Shown here piece by piece: positions 36,291 through 49,903 of a stretch of DNA of 64,000 nucleotides. Below the pieces are notes generated by a model, which searched no databases, was not told where the DNA came from, and saw only the letters and a program-made list of their open reading frames with translations. Each line of letters begins with the position of its first letter. Position 1 is the first letter of the stretch. The translations under genes and the position numbers were made by a program. Source of the DNA: Saccostrea cucullata (Eukaryota). Location: NCBI RefSeq assembly GCF_032062105.1, contig NW_026921474.1, positions 1 through 64,000 of the forward strand, written 5' to 3'.

Positions 36291-37994
36291 ATGTATAGTT
36301 ATGTCTGTGATACTGGTTTTTATAGACAATTTTACTCTAGTTAGCTGAAAAATATGCATACTGTAATCATAAATAACAAGGTTTGTTGCATATTCAGTAT
36401 TATTTTAAAATAAACATTTTATTGAAAACTATACAAATTTTTGTTTTCTATTACTGAAAATCATGGACATTTCTCTTGATTTCTTAGTTCATAAATTTAA
36501 AAAATTGCATCGGACAGTCATGTATTTGCGTGATTTTCGTTTTTAGGGATGTGTTACTGTTTTTCAAGTTTTAATGAATTGTTGTCAGCTCCCTTTGGCC
36601 TATTTGATGCTACATCAAAAATACTTATTTTATACTTTGTGAAGAAGTCTTCACTCGGAGTTCCTCGGGTGTACTTCGCGCACTCGTCTTGGAGTGAAAA
36701 GTCGACAAAGTTATTGATACTTGTAAGCACTCACGGCTGCAGCCATTGCAGGAAATATATATAAAACCTGCTAAAGTGGTTATGGAATTTTTTTAGTAAT
36801 ATTTCATTTGAGAAGTACAAGCAGAAAGGAAATAGTAATAAGTGCAGGAAAATCAAAAAGGATTCAGAAACAAGTTTTAAGACATGATATCCTTATATGT
36901 TTCCTTATTAATTATTATAAATAGCTAAAGTTTTATATAGTAGTAACGAAACATGATTTTAGATTGCTAAAAATAATGCGAAAAAAACTCCCCAATGCCC
37001 CGGTATTTGAAATTTTACGTTTTTCTGCAATTGTTGAAATTGTTAATCTCATTTCCGTATTATTACAATTTTTTTTTAATTCGTAGTGGGAGTAAGCACG
37101 AAAAATATTGAAGTATTCTTAATCTGTACGTTATATTTATGTAAGAGTCTATATGTCTATAGATAGCTTTAACTCAATATGTAGACACGAACTTCAAATT
37201 TAATTTGCGGTGAAAGGAGGTTTTCCCATTTTGACGACGAAGTGCTAGGAAAAGAATCATTCGACAATCCTAAATCACAAATGATAAAAGATTACTTTTT
37301 TATTATATACAACAACGAAGTTAGCGGGCACAGTCGAAGAATTAATCCTTCAGTTACCCTACCCCTTCCCGCGCTTTTTGTTACGATGTGTATGGCTAAT
37401 GCGTAAAGCAAATCTGCCACAAGATATTCTTGATTGTATTCAAAACTTCTTTTTTACTGAATTATCTTTTTAAAGTTTGAACAATTTCACGGTCATCCGA
37501 CACTTAATTTTCTGGGAAACTCTCACAAGTTAAAAACTTTTTTTCCCAAACACTTGGTGTACAAACCTAGATGAAAGTATGAATTTATTTCAATAGTAGT
37601 AAGTAATGCGTAGAATTGGTTCAGTCTAATTTAAATCTCTATTTTAAAGTTGCATAAAATTAAGAGATGCTTTACTGACATTTTACAGAAAATTGTAAAT
37701 TAGGAAAGACTATAGAAAATATAAGCTACTTTATTTTATGTGCGTGCCCTGTAAACTGTAACCGTAACGTCTATTAGAATGAACTTTTTTGTTTGCTTAT
37801 CAAGAAATTTTTGTATGGTAGCCCCCCCCCCCCCCTTCTGAAAATATTTGGTCCCTCAATGAGACTGCAGTTTCTTATCGTCGTGTCTTTTTATTGCGAC
37901 TGACTTGTGCATGTAATTTTAATGAGCTCGTCGCACGGTTCATAATGGCAGTAAAGATCGATCTGTACAGTGGTTTACCTGTCAGTTTGTAAAC

Positions 37995-38072
37995 GGTATC
38001 CAATAAACACTACCCGTATTCTTATCCAATCAAAAAATCTATAACAGTTACACAGATAATCTATCCAATCGC
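37995..38072 (+). promoter_or_regulatory. Triple CCAAT-box cluster upstream of calmodulin-like gene 1
   Basis: atCCAATa, atCCAATc and atCCAATc at ~37998, 38024 and 38063, 110-180 bp before the ATG exon. Confidence 0.45.
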
Positions 38073-38179
38073 CACCCGTTTAACACGTTTACCTGCTCAG
38101 GTGAACGAAAACAACAACAAGCAAGTATATTCGTGACATTAAACAGAGAATAGAAAACTATTTACGCATTTATCGAAAA

Positions 38180-40774
38180 ATGGTATGTATGTTATCACTA
38201 TTCTATCAATTCTTTCGATTTGCATAATTTTCAGTTAACAGTCGAGCTTGTAATTGAATTGCATGTGTTGAAACATGCATGTCTAATTATGCACCTTGTT
38301 TACAAGGTTGAATTTTCATTCATTCATTCTCAATTGTTTATATGGGGTATCATTTGAGTGATCAGTATTTCTGTATGCACGATCCACTATGATGACTTTA
38401 TAAGCTTAATTTCGTACTTTATGCAATGCATTCTATACTAGTTTAAAAGATTTGAATAGAATATTTCTAAGAAAATATTTACATACAGGTACGTATTGTA
38501 CTTCTTGGACGAAGAAATTTAATCATAATCGCCAGATAAAAGAAAGTTCTAAAAACTGCACTTCAGTGTAAAGTTGAATCTATTGTAATTCTGGGAAATA
38601 TTGATTCAGTATTTAGTACACTTCGCAATGTTTGTGAATTTCCGTATTTTATTGATTTTTTTCCCTCTTTGGAAATCCAGGAAGACAATAATTGAATGTG
38701 CCACTGCAATTAATGTTAATAACTGTTGCATTGCATAACATTCAAATGTTAATATTTGTTCATTGCCTCGATTTATACTAGAATTCCGTGGCCTAGATTG
38801 TATCTAGGAAGCAAATCATTTTTTTTTCTGAGCATGCAGTTCTCTAAAGTCCAAAAATCAAGAGTTTGACTTCAGTAAATAAACGAGTAAATTAATAATT
38901 AATTTATCATCAGTTGCGACCAATTTTCTTATTAATTTTGGCTTCGAACAAATTGTTTTCATGAAATATTTAACTTTTTCAGAATCATAATTATTTTCAT
39001 ATTGAAAGTTATTACTGTAATGCACGCACTCTTGTTGAATTTCTGTAAATGAATACACAGGTGCTTGGGACGGATCCCCCTCCCCCCTCGTTCTGTTTTA
39101 GTATCAGTTAGTATCAGAGAGAATGATTTTTTTTATAAAAGAATAGTTATTGCTCAGGTTTTGGATTTTTTAGTTGTAATACTTTGTGAATATGTCTAGA
39201 AAAATATTTTTAATTTTAAAAGTCAAAGAACCCTTGGGGTACGGAACACGGGGGAAGGGGGGTCCTATCCCCCAAGCACCTTTCACCTTTGAATGAATAT
39301 TTAAATCTAAAGTCTGGAAATATTAGAATAGTGTATTTACATCATGTAAGTGCATTTAAGAACCCTAGTCTTAAACAAATCAACGAAATTTCATCAAGGA
39401 CAAGAAAAGAATTTTTTCCGGGAGGGTGGGTGGTATTTGCACTGGTTTTTTTTTTTATTTTTCTTTTAAAGAAATAAATGCTTTTAAAAACTTTTTCAAG
39501 ATGTAAAATTGGTAATTCATTGGACCCAGATATACCTCACATAAGAGTTTCCAAATTTTGCAAAAGTTTATTTTTACTTATTATTAACTAATAACACCAC
39601 CTCTTATTTCTAGGCGGATCAAGAACACAGCGAGGAACAGATAGAAGTTTGGCGACAGTCGTTCGATATTTTCGACAAGAATAAGGATGGTCACATCAGT
39701 CTACGTGAACTGGACACCGTGGTCCGGAGCATGGGCCTTAATCCCACCATGAAAGATCTCCGGACATTTATAAAAGAGGTTGACCAGAATCGTGAGTCCA
39801 TTCTTATAATTCACCTATATAATATCGATATGAAAACTTTGATAAGTAAAACAAAAATGGGGGGGGGGGGTATCCGAACTCGAAGATCGTATTTCGGGGA
39901 TGGGGTGGGGTGGGGGTTACGTGTCGGCTGTCTTAACCATATTTTTTTTTAATAATTATACCAATTCACCATTGTTTAAATATGTTTCGTAAAACTGGTA
40001 AGCGTAAATGGGGTTTATAAGCCTTTTAATATTTTTGATAAGATTGTACATATGTACATACATTAACTATCTTGAATGTTCCCTTCATGACCTAAGGTAT
40101 TTCATACTTTATCAGGTGATGGTAAAATTCAATTTGAAGACTTCAAGATTTTAATGTCCAAAATTTACGTCTCACAAACACCAGAAGAACAACAAAAAGA
40201 CATTGAGGGAGCCTTCAAGATATTCGATAAAAATGGAAACGGTGTGATCGAGCGGGCGGAGCTTCTGAGAATAGCGACGACGCTAGGAGAACCGCTGACA
40301 GAGGAGGAGGCGGAGCAGATGATCCGGATAGCGGACGCCAATAAAGACGGATTAATTGATTACAAAGGTCAGTCTAAAATATATAAGTGCATGAAATGTA
40401 TGGAGATAACGAACAGTATTCAAGCTCAAAAGTCTATTTAACAATACAAAATATATAGGAACAGAGCAATCACGGACCTCCAAAACATCAGAGGTGGGAT
40501 CAGGTGCCATGGAGGAATGAGCATCCATTGCCGTTTTGTACTATGCAAGCCTCTCAATTTGCTCGGCATATACCAAGTGCATGTTTCTTTTTGATTTCTG
40601 ATATAGTTTGTTGAAAGCTTTTTAACGAGCAATTTTAATTCTCAGAAGTTAGCAACACCGCTGTATTTTCACCGTTTCTCTGTTTATCTTTTAAAAACAA
40701 AATTCTCTTTTTTTTCAGAATTTACAAAGTTCATTACAAGACCCGTCCTGAATACTACTCCACTGGGGCAGTGA
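38180..40774 (+). CDS. Calmodulin-like 4-EF-hand protein 1 (162 aa)
   Basis: Lone ATG exon end (38180-38182, as in calmodulin genes), exons 39614-39791, 40116-40367, 40719-40774. Loops DKNKDGHISLRE, DQNRDGKIQFED, DKNGNGVIERAE, DANKDGLIDYKE. Confidence 0.92.
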
Positions 40775-42966
40775 AAGATTACGACAACAGATATTGTCTT
40801 TGGCAGCATGGGTATTAGGTTTTATAGCATTTTCCTTAGAGGACAGGTTTCTGATATTAATTCTTCATCTGACACCAGAATCCATTAGAAAATGCATAAT
40901 ATTGGCATTTCTAGATTTTATTCAGAACTAATGCTATAGTTTATCATCGGAATATTAATCCACCATTTTCCGTTCCAAGCGGATAACGATGTTGGATTTT
41001 CGATTCACGCAAAGTTTTTAACACATGTTTACATGACTGTACGTATGTCCATGATATGGACCGATTTGACAATTGTTTTATGTTGTTATATTTTGCAATT
41101 ATTTCAGTGAAACAACAATTTAACATATTAGACCCTGTTTCGTTTATAAAACTGTGTTTGTTTTTCAGTGGTAAAATTCTAATTATAACTCACTTTCCTG
41201 GTAGAGTAACAAGTTCTATTGAAAATAATTTTTCTTCTTTTAAATTTTACTATCATGTGGTTGATGTAAAATGTTAGCATTAAAATTATATAGATTATAG
41301 ATACATTTGAGAGCATTCCGAGTGTTTTTGCAAGTTTTTAAGAATATTCTGTCCTTGAAATACGTTTTGTTTCAGGTTGATTTTTATCAGTGATTCTCTC
41401 CTACAATTGCAAAAGTCGATCCATGGAGACATACTCATGTTGTGTATTAAATATTTGTTGTTTTGGTATAATATGATGTATTTTTAATGTCAATCAATGT
41501 TGATCCTTTTTTTGTAGCCATATTCTCAAAAAAGTAAACAAAATATTATTATATTAAATGCATTTTGAATAGACATAATTATGTCTCAATTTTTTCATAA
41601 GATTTTGATTTTTTAAGGGGGTTATATAGAAAACTATTTTACAAGAATTGTTTTTGGACTACAATGCATATAGTAACACAATGTTAATATTTTCAGAAAC
41701 AGTTCTTGATACAGCTGTATAGTCGTCTGAAGTCATGGCCATATTATATTTTTAGATAACATTTGTATACTAAGTATCAGTGTGTTGTGATGTTATAGTT
41801 TTTCTTAATGTTGTTAGGATCTAGAAATTAACAGTACAAAACATTTGTAGATGACATTCAGGTGGCATTGAGTACATGTAATAATAAAACAATTAAACTG
41901 CAGAAACCAGTTGTGTATTATTTCTTATCAGACAATACGCTTTAATTGAACGTTGTTCTGGCAATGCACAAGTTACTCAAAAATACATGTATTTGGGAAT
42001 TTTACATGCCATTTAGGGACTTCACATCAAAAGGTAGGTTAGTAAAATGGGTACATGTCTTCCATCTGTTTATCATTCATTCTGGGGGGTGGGTGAAGGT
42101 GGCCCTGTGTGTGTGTGTGGTAACTCTCATAAGTTAAAGACAATCCCTATTTAGGCGGTCAAAGGTAAAAAGAAAAATATTCATATGTATGTATATAAAT
42201 TGCATAAATAATAATAGTTATCAGTTTATTAACTTAACTAGTCATCTTTGACTTTTTTGTAATGAAAATAAAGTTCACGACTCTAAATAGCTAGGAAAGA
42301 CTCCATATTTTTGAGACCAAAAGGAAAAGTCAGTCCCTCTTTCCTTCCTCCATTTGCATTTTGCAAATCTTCCATCCACTAATTGTTGTCCCTCAGGAAT
42401 GAGGCATGTTGATAAATTTTTGCCAGAACAAGAGCCTTTTTCTCAAATGGCAGAATTAATATATTACAGATAGTAGTGGATATTAACCGTAGACACAAAT
42501 TCGTCAGTTGCTTGTGTAAGGGACAGCGGACAGTAAGAAAGTTCACTTGGACCTGCCCTGGCTCAGATGAGATAAACTGATACAATTCAATAATTATATA
42601 AAAATCTGCAAGCCCCAATCAATGAATTTCAAAACCACACACAGCGAGAAAGACTCAGAAAGTAGTTTTGTCACTTGATTAGCTAAGCAAAATAGCAAAT
42701 AGATTAGTGAAAAGATAAATGTTTCCTTATTTTAGAAAATGTTTCTTAGTGAGGCAAGAAAACTGGTGATTTTAAATATTAATCTGTTCTTTGGAGACCA
42801 TTGTAAGAACATCGATAATCACAGCAGACTGTATGCTTTTACCAAGAACTAACCTATGATGGAATTTTTGTAATATGACGAACTTTCAAGATATCATGTT
42901 TATTATATAATATGCTTTATATGTTGTTCCACGTGCAGATTATTTGAAACAGGGTTAGGTTATATC

Positions 42967-43177
42967 GCTGCATTTCATTTCCGGAAATCTGCATAGCATT
43001 TCCGACATTTTTTATTTCATTTGATAAGGTAAAGTCTTCAAATCTGCTACTAAAGGCACTACATGTATGTGAAAAATGTCAGAAATGAAAACAAAAAAAA
43101 ATGTCGGAAATCAAAACATAAAAATGTCGGAAATGAAAAGTTGATAAATAAGAAAAATTCCGGAAATGAAATGCAGC
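42967..43177. mobile_element. MITE with 20-bp TIRs
   Basis: gctgcatttcatttccggaa ... ttccggaaatgaaatgcagc, with internal aatgtcggaaat subterminal repeats. Confidence 0.7.
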
Positions 43178-43779
43178 CGGACATATCTATAATTCTTACC
43201 TTTATACACGTAAAAAAAAAATAGTACAGTTTTTATTGCTCGTGGTGTATTTATTTTTTTATTGCCGGTATAAAATGTTTTAAAATTGGATTATAGCTCT
43301 ATTTGATCAAAGAATCTAGATCCCCTGTGCCCCGTCAACCTTGATTCCATGTTGTCTACAATATTTGTTAAACCCCCCTCTCTGTGATTGCATGGTTCCA
43401 AACGGGGTTGTTGTTTAATAGACCTTAGTTAAAAGCTATTTTAGGAAATCCTTATGCAAGTAAATCATAACATTGATTATCCAGTGTTTTATCAATCCAA
43501 AAAAAAGATTAGTCTTGTGGTAGCAAAAAACTTCAGGTGCACTTTGTAGCTATCTAAAGATTAATTAGGATAAATTAACTAGCATAATCCTTAATCCAAA
43601 ATGAAAACGAATTGGTGCTTTACAGCGTTTAAATGGTGGGATTATCAAATACTGGGAATACTTAATCAGCTGGGTTGAATCAGTCCTCAGAAAGTTATTT
43701 TTGATTTTGGAAGCTTAAAAGGAGCTGATAGGCAGAGACATTGACGTCTGTGTCACCGTGTTCTGACTATCCTAATACT

Positions 43780-46700
43780 ATGGTAAATATGAACGCCCAA
43801 AATTTATGGTCTCAAATTTTTGAAGTAATATATTCCATGTGTCTGACTGATAGTATACATTTTTAGTACTGTGTACATTAATTTTTCTAGGCCCAGCTTA
43901 GTCCCGCGGATGCTGAAGGTAAGACAATTACAGCATTAACATTTTCGATGAATTGATATGATGTCACTATGATGTCATATAAACCTGGTTATTTAAAAAT
44001 CAGAATCATTCTGATTTAAAGAACTTTTCTTGCATATCCATGCTAAATGTATTTCATGTGTTTCGCAATAAACAAATATAAAGAATTATGCATGCTTGTG
44101 CATTTCTTTAATTCACCTTTAACATGAATTCGAAAGTAAGTAAATGATATAAGCTGAACATAAGCTATAGAAATCTAAAAGTTTACTCGTCATAACGAAG
44201 TATCTGGCACATATTTTAAAGTCTTTTTATTTCATTAGGAAATAGCTGTTCTGTTATTCTGTCCACAATCTTTCCAATTTTTGTAAAAGATTATATAACT
44301 TTTTCAGAATAATTCGCAAAAATATATTTCAGTCTTGTTCTTTGAAAACAGGAAACAATGTTGCTAAATAAAATTAAAGCTGGCATCTGGCTCCAAATAC
44401 AGATATTACTAATCAAGAAATTAGTTGTTATGTATAATTATCTAAAACCACTTCATCGGAAGTTAAATAAAGATTTTTTTTATGTGATATACACCGTAAT
44501 ATTTCGATCTACATTGTTTTTATGTTTTAAAGTTGGAATAAAGCCACCAAAGGTTCAAAAGTTTACAGGTGGTAGTCTAGAACACGTTTTAAAAGTTATA
44601 CCATCCTGAATTTAGTGTAAGAAAAATAAAATACTAGCCTATTAAATGTTAGTAATTTTTAACATTTTTAGAAAGGTGGGTCTGTCTTACAGAATACACC
44701 TGTATGATTTTTTTTTATATTTTAATTTTCTTTTTCTAATTTCTTTACAGTTATAAAAAACGAAGTGCACGTGAACATGTATATATATGAACACATGCTA
44801 CACGAAAGAAAAGATAGGATACCGGTATTAGGTTAAAAAGGTCTAACCTTTGATCCAATTCTTTAATTACGTATTATCTGCGACATGCAAAATTGTATGC
44901 AACCTGTGTTTGGACCGATTAAAATTGAACTTCTAAGTTATTAAGTGATTTAAATAATTAACTCGCCTTTATTCTGATCTTTAAAAAATGTCCCCTTGAC
45001 CTGTTCCAAAATCTAATGCACGTTTTTAGCTCTACTGGTCAGAGACCAGAAGAGCTTATGCGATAGTAATGCGTCCGGATTCCGTCCGTCTGTCTGTCCG
45101 TCTGTCTGTAAACAATTTTTCAAAACGCTACTACTCCTACAATTTTAGTCTGATTTCAATATTACTTGGCACACAAGTAGAGTACACTAAGATACATAGA
45201 ATAGTGGATCGGTTTTTGATTTCGATGAACGGTGTTGCCATGGTTACTAAAAATAGAATTTTCTGTGAAATTCCTTAAAAACGCTACTCCTTCTAAAGTT
45301 TTTGTCTGATTTCAATATAACTTGGCACACAAGTAGACTACACTAAGATACATAGAATAGTGCATCGGATTTTGATTTCGATGAACGGTGTTGCCATGGT
45401 TACTAAAAATAGAATTTTCTGTAATCAGCTGGTACATTAATTTTTTAGGCCCAGAAATTCCTTTAAAACGCTACTCCTTCTACAGTTTTGGTCTGATTTC
45501 AATATAACTTGGCACACAAGTAGACTACACTCAGATACATAGAATAGTGCATCGGTTTTTGATTTCGATGAACGGTGTTCCCATAGTTATTAAAAATAGA
45601 ATTTTCTGTGAAATTCCTTTAAAATGCTACTCCTTCTACAGTTTTTGTCTGATTTCAATATAACTTAATTGGCACAAAAGTAGACTACACTAAGATACAT
45701 AGAATCATGCATCGGTTTTTGATTTCGATGAACGGTGTTGCCATGGTTACTAAAAATAGAATTTTCTGTGAAATTCCTTTAAAACGCTACTCCTTCTACA
45801 GTTTTGGTCTGATTTCAATATAACTTGGCACACAAGTAGACTACACTCAGATACATAGAATAGTGCATCGGTTTTTGATTTCGATGAACGGTGTTGCCAT
45901 AGTTACTTAAAATAGAATTCTCTGTGAAATTCCTTTAAAACGCTACTCCTTCTACAGTTTTTGTCTGATTTCAATATAACTTAATTGGAACAAAAGTAGA
46001 CTACACTAAGATACATAGAATAGTGCATCGGTTTTTGATTTCGATGAACGGTGTTGCCATGGTTACTAAAAATAGAATTTTCTGTGAAATTCCTTTAAAA
46101 CGCTACTCCTTCTACAGTTTTGGTCTGATTTCAATATAACTTGGCACACAAGTAGACTACACTAAGATACATAGAATAGTGCATCAGTTTTTGATTTCGA
46201 TGAACGGTGTTGCCATGGTTACTAAAAATAGAATTTTCTGTGAAATTCCTTAAAAACGCTACTCCTTCTACAGTTTTTGTCTGATTTCAGTATAACTTGG
46301 TATACAAGTAGACTACACTAAGATACATAAAATAGTGCATCGGTTTTTGATTTCGATGAACGGTGTTGCCATGGTTACAAAAAATAGAATTTTCTGTGAA
46401 ATTCCTTTAAAACGCTACTTCTTCTACAGTTTTGGTCTGATTTCAATATAACTTGGCACACAAGTAGACTACACTAAGATACATAGAATAGTGCATTGGT
46501 TTTTGATATCGGTGAAAGGTGTTGCCATGGTTACTAAAAATAGAATTCTCTGTGAAATTCCTTTAAAACACTACTCCTTCTACAGTTTTGGTCTGATTTC
46601 AAAATAAGTTGGCACACAAGTAGACTACACAAAGATACATAAAATAGTGCAATGGTTTTTGATAAGTACAAACCAGTAGAGCTACAGTCTCGACAGAGAC

Positions 46701-49700
46701 TTCTGGTTTTAAATGCATTGAAATACCTACATGTACTCAAAAGCATAGGCGAATACAGGTCTATGTGAAAGAACTAAAGCCCTCTAATCCCTCCCAACTT
46801 CTTGTCCCTATGCGGATCCAGGAAAAAAATCCACCTCAGATTTTCAACAACATAAACTTTACATGTACACAAAAAGCTATAGTATTGAGTATTTCTTTTG
46901 CTAACGCACAGGCAAATATAGACTAACATCTTTTTTTTGTTGTTCTCTCAGAGCTTATTGACACTTTTGAGATCTTCGACAAAAACCACGATGGCACAAT
47001 ATCTGTGGACGAGCTGGGGTCAATTCTAAGAGCTCTAGGTCAAAATCCATCGCAGGCAAAGGTAGACGAGATCATGAAAAGGGCCGACAAAAATGGTAAG
47101 GGGATTCCTTTCGTTTTTAATGAGCGTAAGGTATAATGGTTAAGAATACAATCTGACATTTTTTTAATTATCAATCATCAGGCAAATGACTGAGTTTGTA
47201 TTTTAGCTTGTCTATTTTTTTAATACAGGCGATGGGGTATTAAGTAAAGCAGAGTATGTCAGTTTGATATCGAGCTACATGGTAGACCCAGAAGTCGTCA
47301 GAGCCGAATTAAGGGAAGCCTTTATGACCTTTGATAAATCAAAGAAAGGTTACCTAAACCTTCAACAGATGACCAAAGCACTACGGTGTTTAGGAGAACC
47401 TCTATCAGACATAGAAATAAAACAATTAATGAAATTAGCGGACACCAATAACGACGGCAAAATTGATGTTGATGGTATGAACTTGATATTGGAATTTATG
47501 GTATTTTCAAAAAGAATGGGTAGGGGTAGCTGCAGAACTGTAGCGTTATGGTTTTATATATTTGTCTTTGACCATAAAACCATAACGCTACAGATCTGCA
47601 GCTAGGGTAAGGGCTGTTAGCATATAATAGGTCGCTATCACAGACCTTTAGATAGCTTAGAAAAAAATTGAGGTGTAAAAAAATATCTTTATTTACACAC
47701 ACAATTTTGTTTAGAGATCCAAAGGCCTGTGGTCGCTATTAAATTCATTCCTTAATTGGTATACCTGTCTTCGAATCGTTTGTGGAGATGTTTCAATCGT
47801 TTCGTCTTCACTGATTTAAAGACAGGTATAATTCAATTTTTCCTATCTGTAGCTAAAATATTTTTTTCTTTAATGTACTAGTATTAAAAATAGGTTTAAT
47901 TCATATAAAACTAGGTTCAGTTATTTAAAGATAAGTTTAATTATTTACACTTATTTTCTAATTCAATTAGACATATCTTTTAATTCAATTTGAAGATAGG
48001 TAGAACTGTTTGAAGATAGGTTCAAATATTTGATAAATACATGTTACATGTTATTTGGCTTTCTTTAAAGACATAAATACTTAGCGATAGGTGCAATAAT
48101 TTTTACAATGGGTCCCAAATACCATATTGGTTCAAGTGCAGTATACGGTATTGTAGTTCCTGCGGATTTTCACTCTTAACAGAATGAGTAATTAGGCAAA
48201 GTCCATAAAATTATTAATACTTTATTTACATATTTATTCATAACATCTACATAATATATATATTCATTAAGTTTTAAAATAACAACAAATTTAGGAAAGC
48301 AGGTCGACAGGTCAGCAGGTCGACAGGTAAACAGGTCGACAGATCAGCCATGAATAAATATTTACCACAGATACTCTATTAATTTGATGGTCGACAGGTC
48401 AACAGGTCAGCAGGTCGACATGTCAACAGGTATACATGTTTACTCATCAGTGGTTAGACATGAATATTAACTTAGATACTCAATTAAAGTAATTATACCT
48501 CTACCGATTTTTCCCTAAATTATATTAAGTATACATGTATATCTGCTGATCTATCTACCTGTATAATTGTTTCTTCACTAACAGATCATTCTACCAATTT
48601 GAGTTTTTACCTGTTTACCTGTCGACCTGCTTACCTGTCGACCTGTTTACCTGTCAACCTTCTGATCTATCAACTCGCTCATCATTTTACCAATCTCACT
48701 TTAGTTCGCTGACCTGTCGACCTGCTTACCTGTCGCCCTGCTGACATGTCGACCTGCTTACCTGCGTCTCATTACAAAGCGTAAACATCCAAGCCCAACT
48801 CATGTTTTACATTATCACTAATTCATTCTTTAAATATCTGGTACATTTATGTAAATTACGATCATTAATATTCAATCAATTTTACAAATGTAAACTCATT
48901 TAGATCTATGGCTCATTAGCAAATAAATGCGCAATGTCCGGAACTACTTAAACGTATAATATACTTGGGCCCGAAGTAAAGAGCAAACAGCTTAAATATC
49001 AACAAAAAAATTATCATCTTCCCAAGTCAAAAGCTGTTTCAACACTTGACCAATATGTTGACTTTGACGGGAATTGAAATGTTCTTTCTGATTGGCCTCA
49101 TAAAATCTTGCACGAACCAATCAAAAAGCATTGTTTTATCTATGAAACTAAATCGTCAGTTTTAGTGATGAAACAATTTTAAAAAAAGGCTGACTCATCT
49201 TGGAGTTTTATTACCGGCAATCATGTCTCGCAATGGGTTGTTCTAGAATCGCAGACTAAGTAGTTGACCCTTATCTCTAATTTCTATTTGTTTTCTTTGT
49301 GATAACTCTTTGAAAGATGGTCAAGTTGATTTCTTGATAACTCAACAAGACCTTTAAAACCGGGATCCAATGTTGCAATATATATGTTGACACGAAAAAG
49401 ATTCCTCACTGCACAACAGTCCTGAGTGACGAGTGTAGGTCTAAATTTGCAACCCTCCACTGGCAAGTGGTGGCATCTACATATGAGTGAAAAATTCTCA
49501 GTGGAGAACAAACCTGGCTTTCAATATTGTTTCAGATTCTCTATTTTTTGGCTTAATACTCTGAGATCAACAGAGTTCAAAATGTGTTAATTTACCTAGA
49601 TGGCGCGATGGCATCGTTGCAAACCACGGCCAAAATGTACGATCCTCTCCTTCTCTGGAGAGAGCTATAGCGGATTCCTAACCGCGGGATTGAAACGATG

Positions 49701-49903
49701 GCGCGATGTTAAACCCCGTCAAAGTCACATGTCATACAAATTTTTTTGTGAGCTCAGTTCCCAAGGATTTCTGTTTTTAATTTTGAGATAAGATTCTTCA
49801 TCATAAAGAAAACTTTAAAAAAAAGTTCCCAACTCTCAATGATTTCATATCTTTTTCTCTTTCCCTTACAGAATTTGTTGAATGCCTTTGTAAACGGATG
49901 TGA
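43780..49903 (+). CDS. Calmodulin-like EF-hand protein 2 (~150 aa; EF3 degenerate)
   Basis: ATG exon end 43780-43782, exons 43891-43918, 46952-47095, 47229-47474, 49872-49903. Loops DKNHDGTISVDE, DKNGDGVLSKAE, DKSKKGYLNLQQ (non-canonical), DTNNDGKIDVDE; ends EFVECLCKRM*. Confidence 0.9.
45023..46710 (+). mobile_element. HINE/Helentron element carrying ~10 copies of a 156/160-bp satellite unit
   Basis: Sub-TIRs agctctactggt / accagtagagct, GTCT microsatellite, tandem units anchored by ttgatttcgatgaacggtgttgccatgg, 3' hairpin agtctc-gaca-gagact, T-rich insertion site. Confidence 0.9.
47527..47604. mobile_element. 78-bp hairpin MITE with 9-bp TSD
   Basis: tagctgcagaactgtagcgttatggttttat ... 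ataaaaccataacgctacagatctgcagcta; flanks gggtagggg / gggtaaggg. Confidence 0.8.
48153..48947. mobile_element. Degenerate foldback-type element with inverted caggtcgacagg repeats
   Basis: Ends gtagttcc / ggaactac; caggtcgacaggt clusters at 48300-48430 face cctgtcgacctg clusters at 48610-48765. Confidence 0.65.
49330..49513 (+). mobile_element. Degenerate bivalve SINE (Meta-type core recalled from memory)
   Basis: gacacgaaaaagattcctcactgc...aggtctaaatttgcaaccc...catatgagtgaaaaattctc resembles the core and tail of common oyster SINEs; the tRNA head is eroded. Confidence 0.55.
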
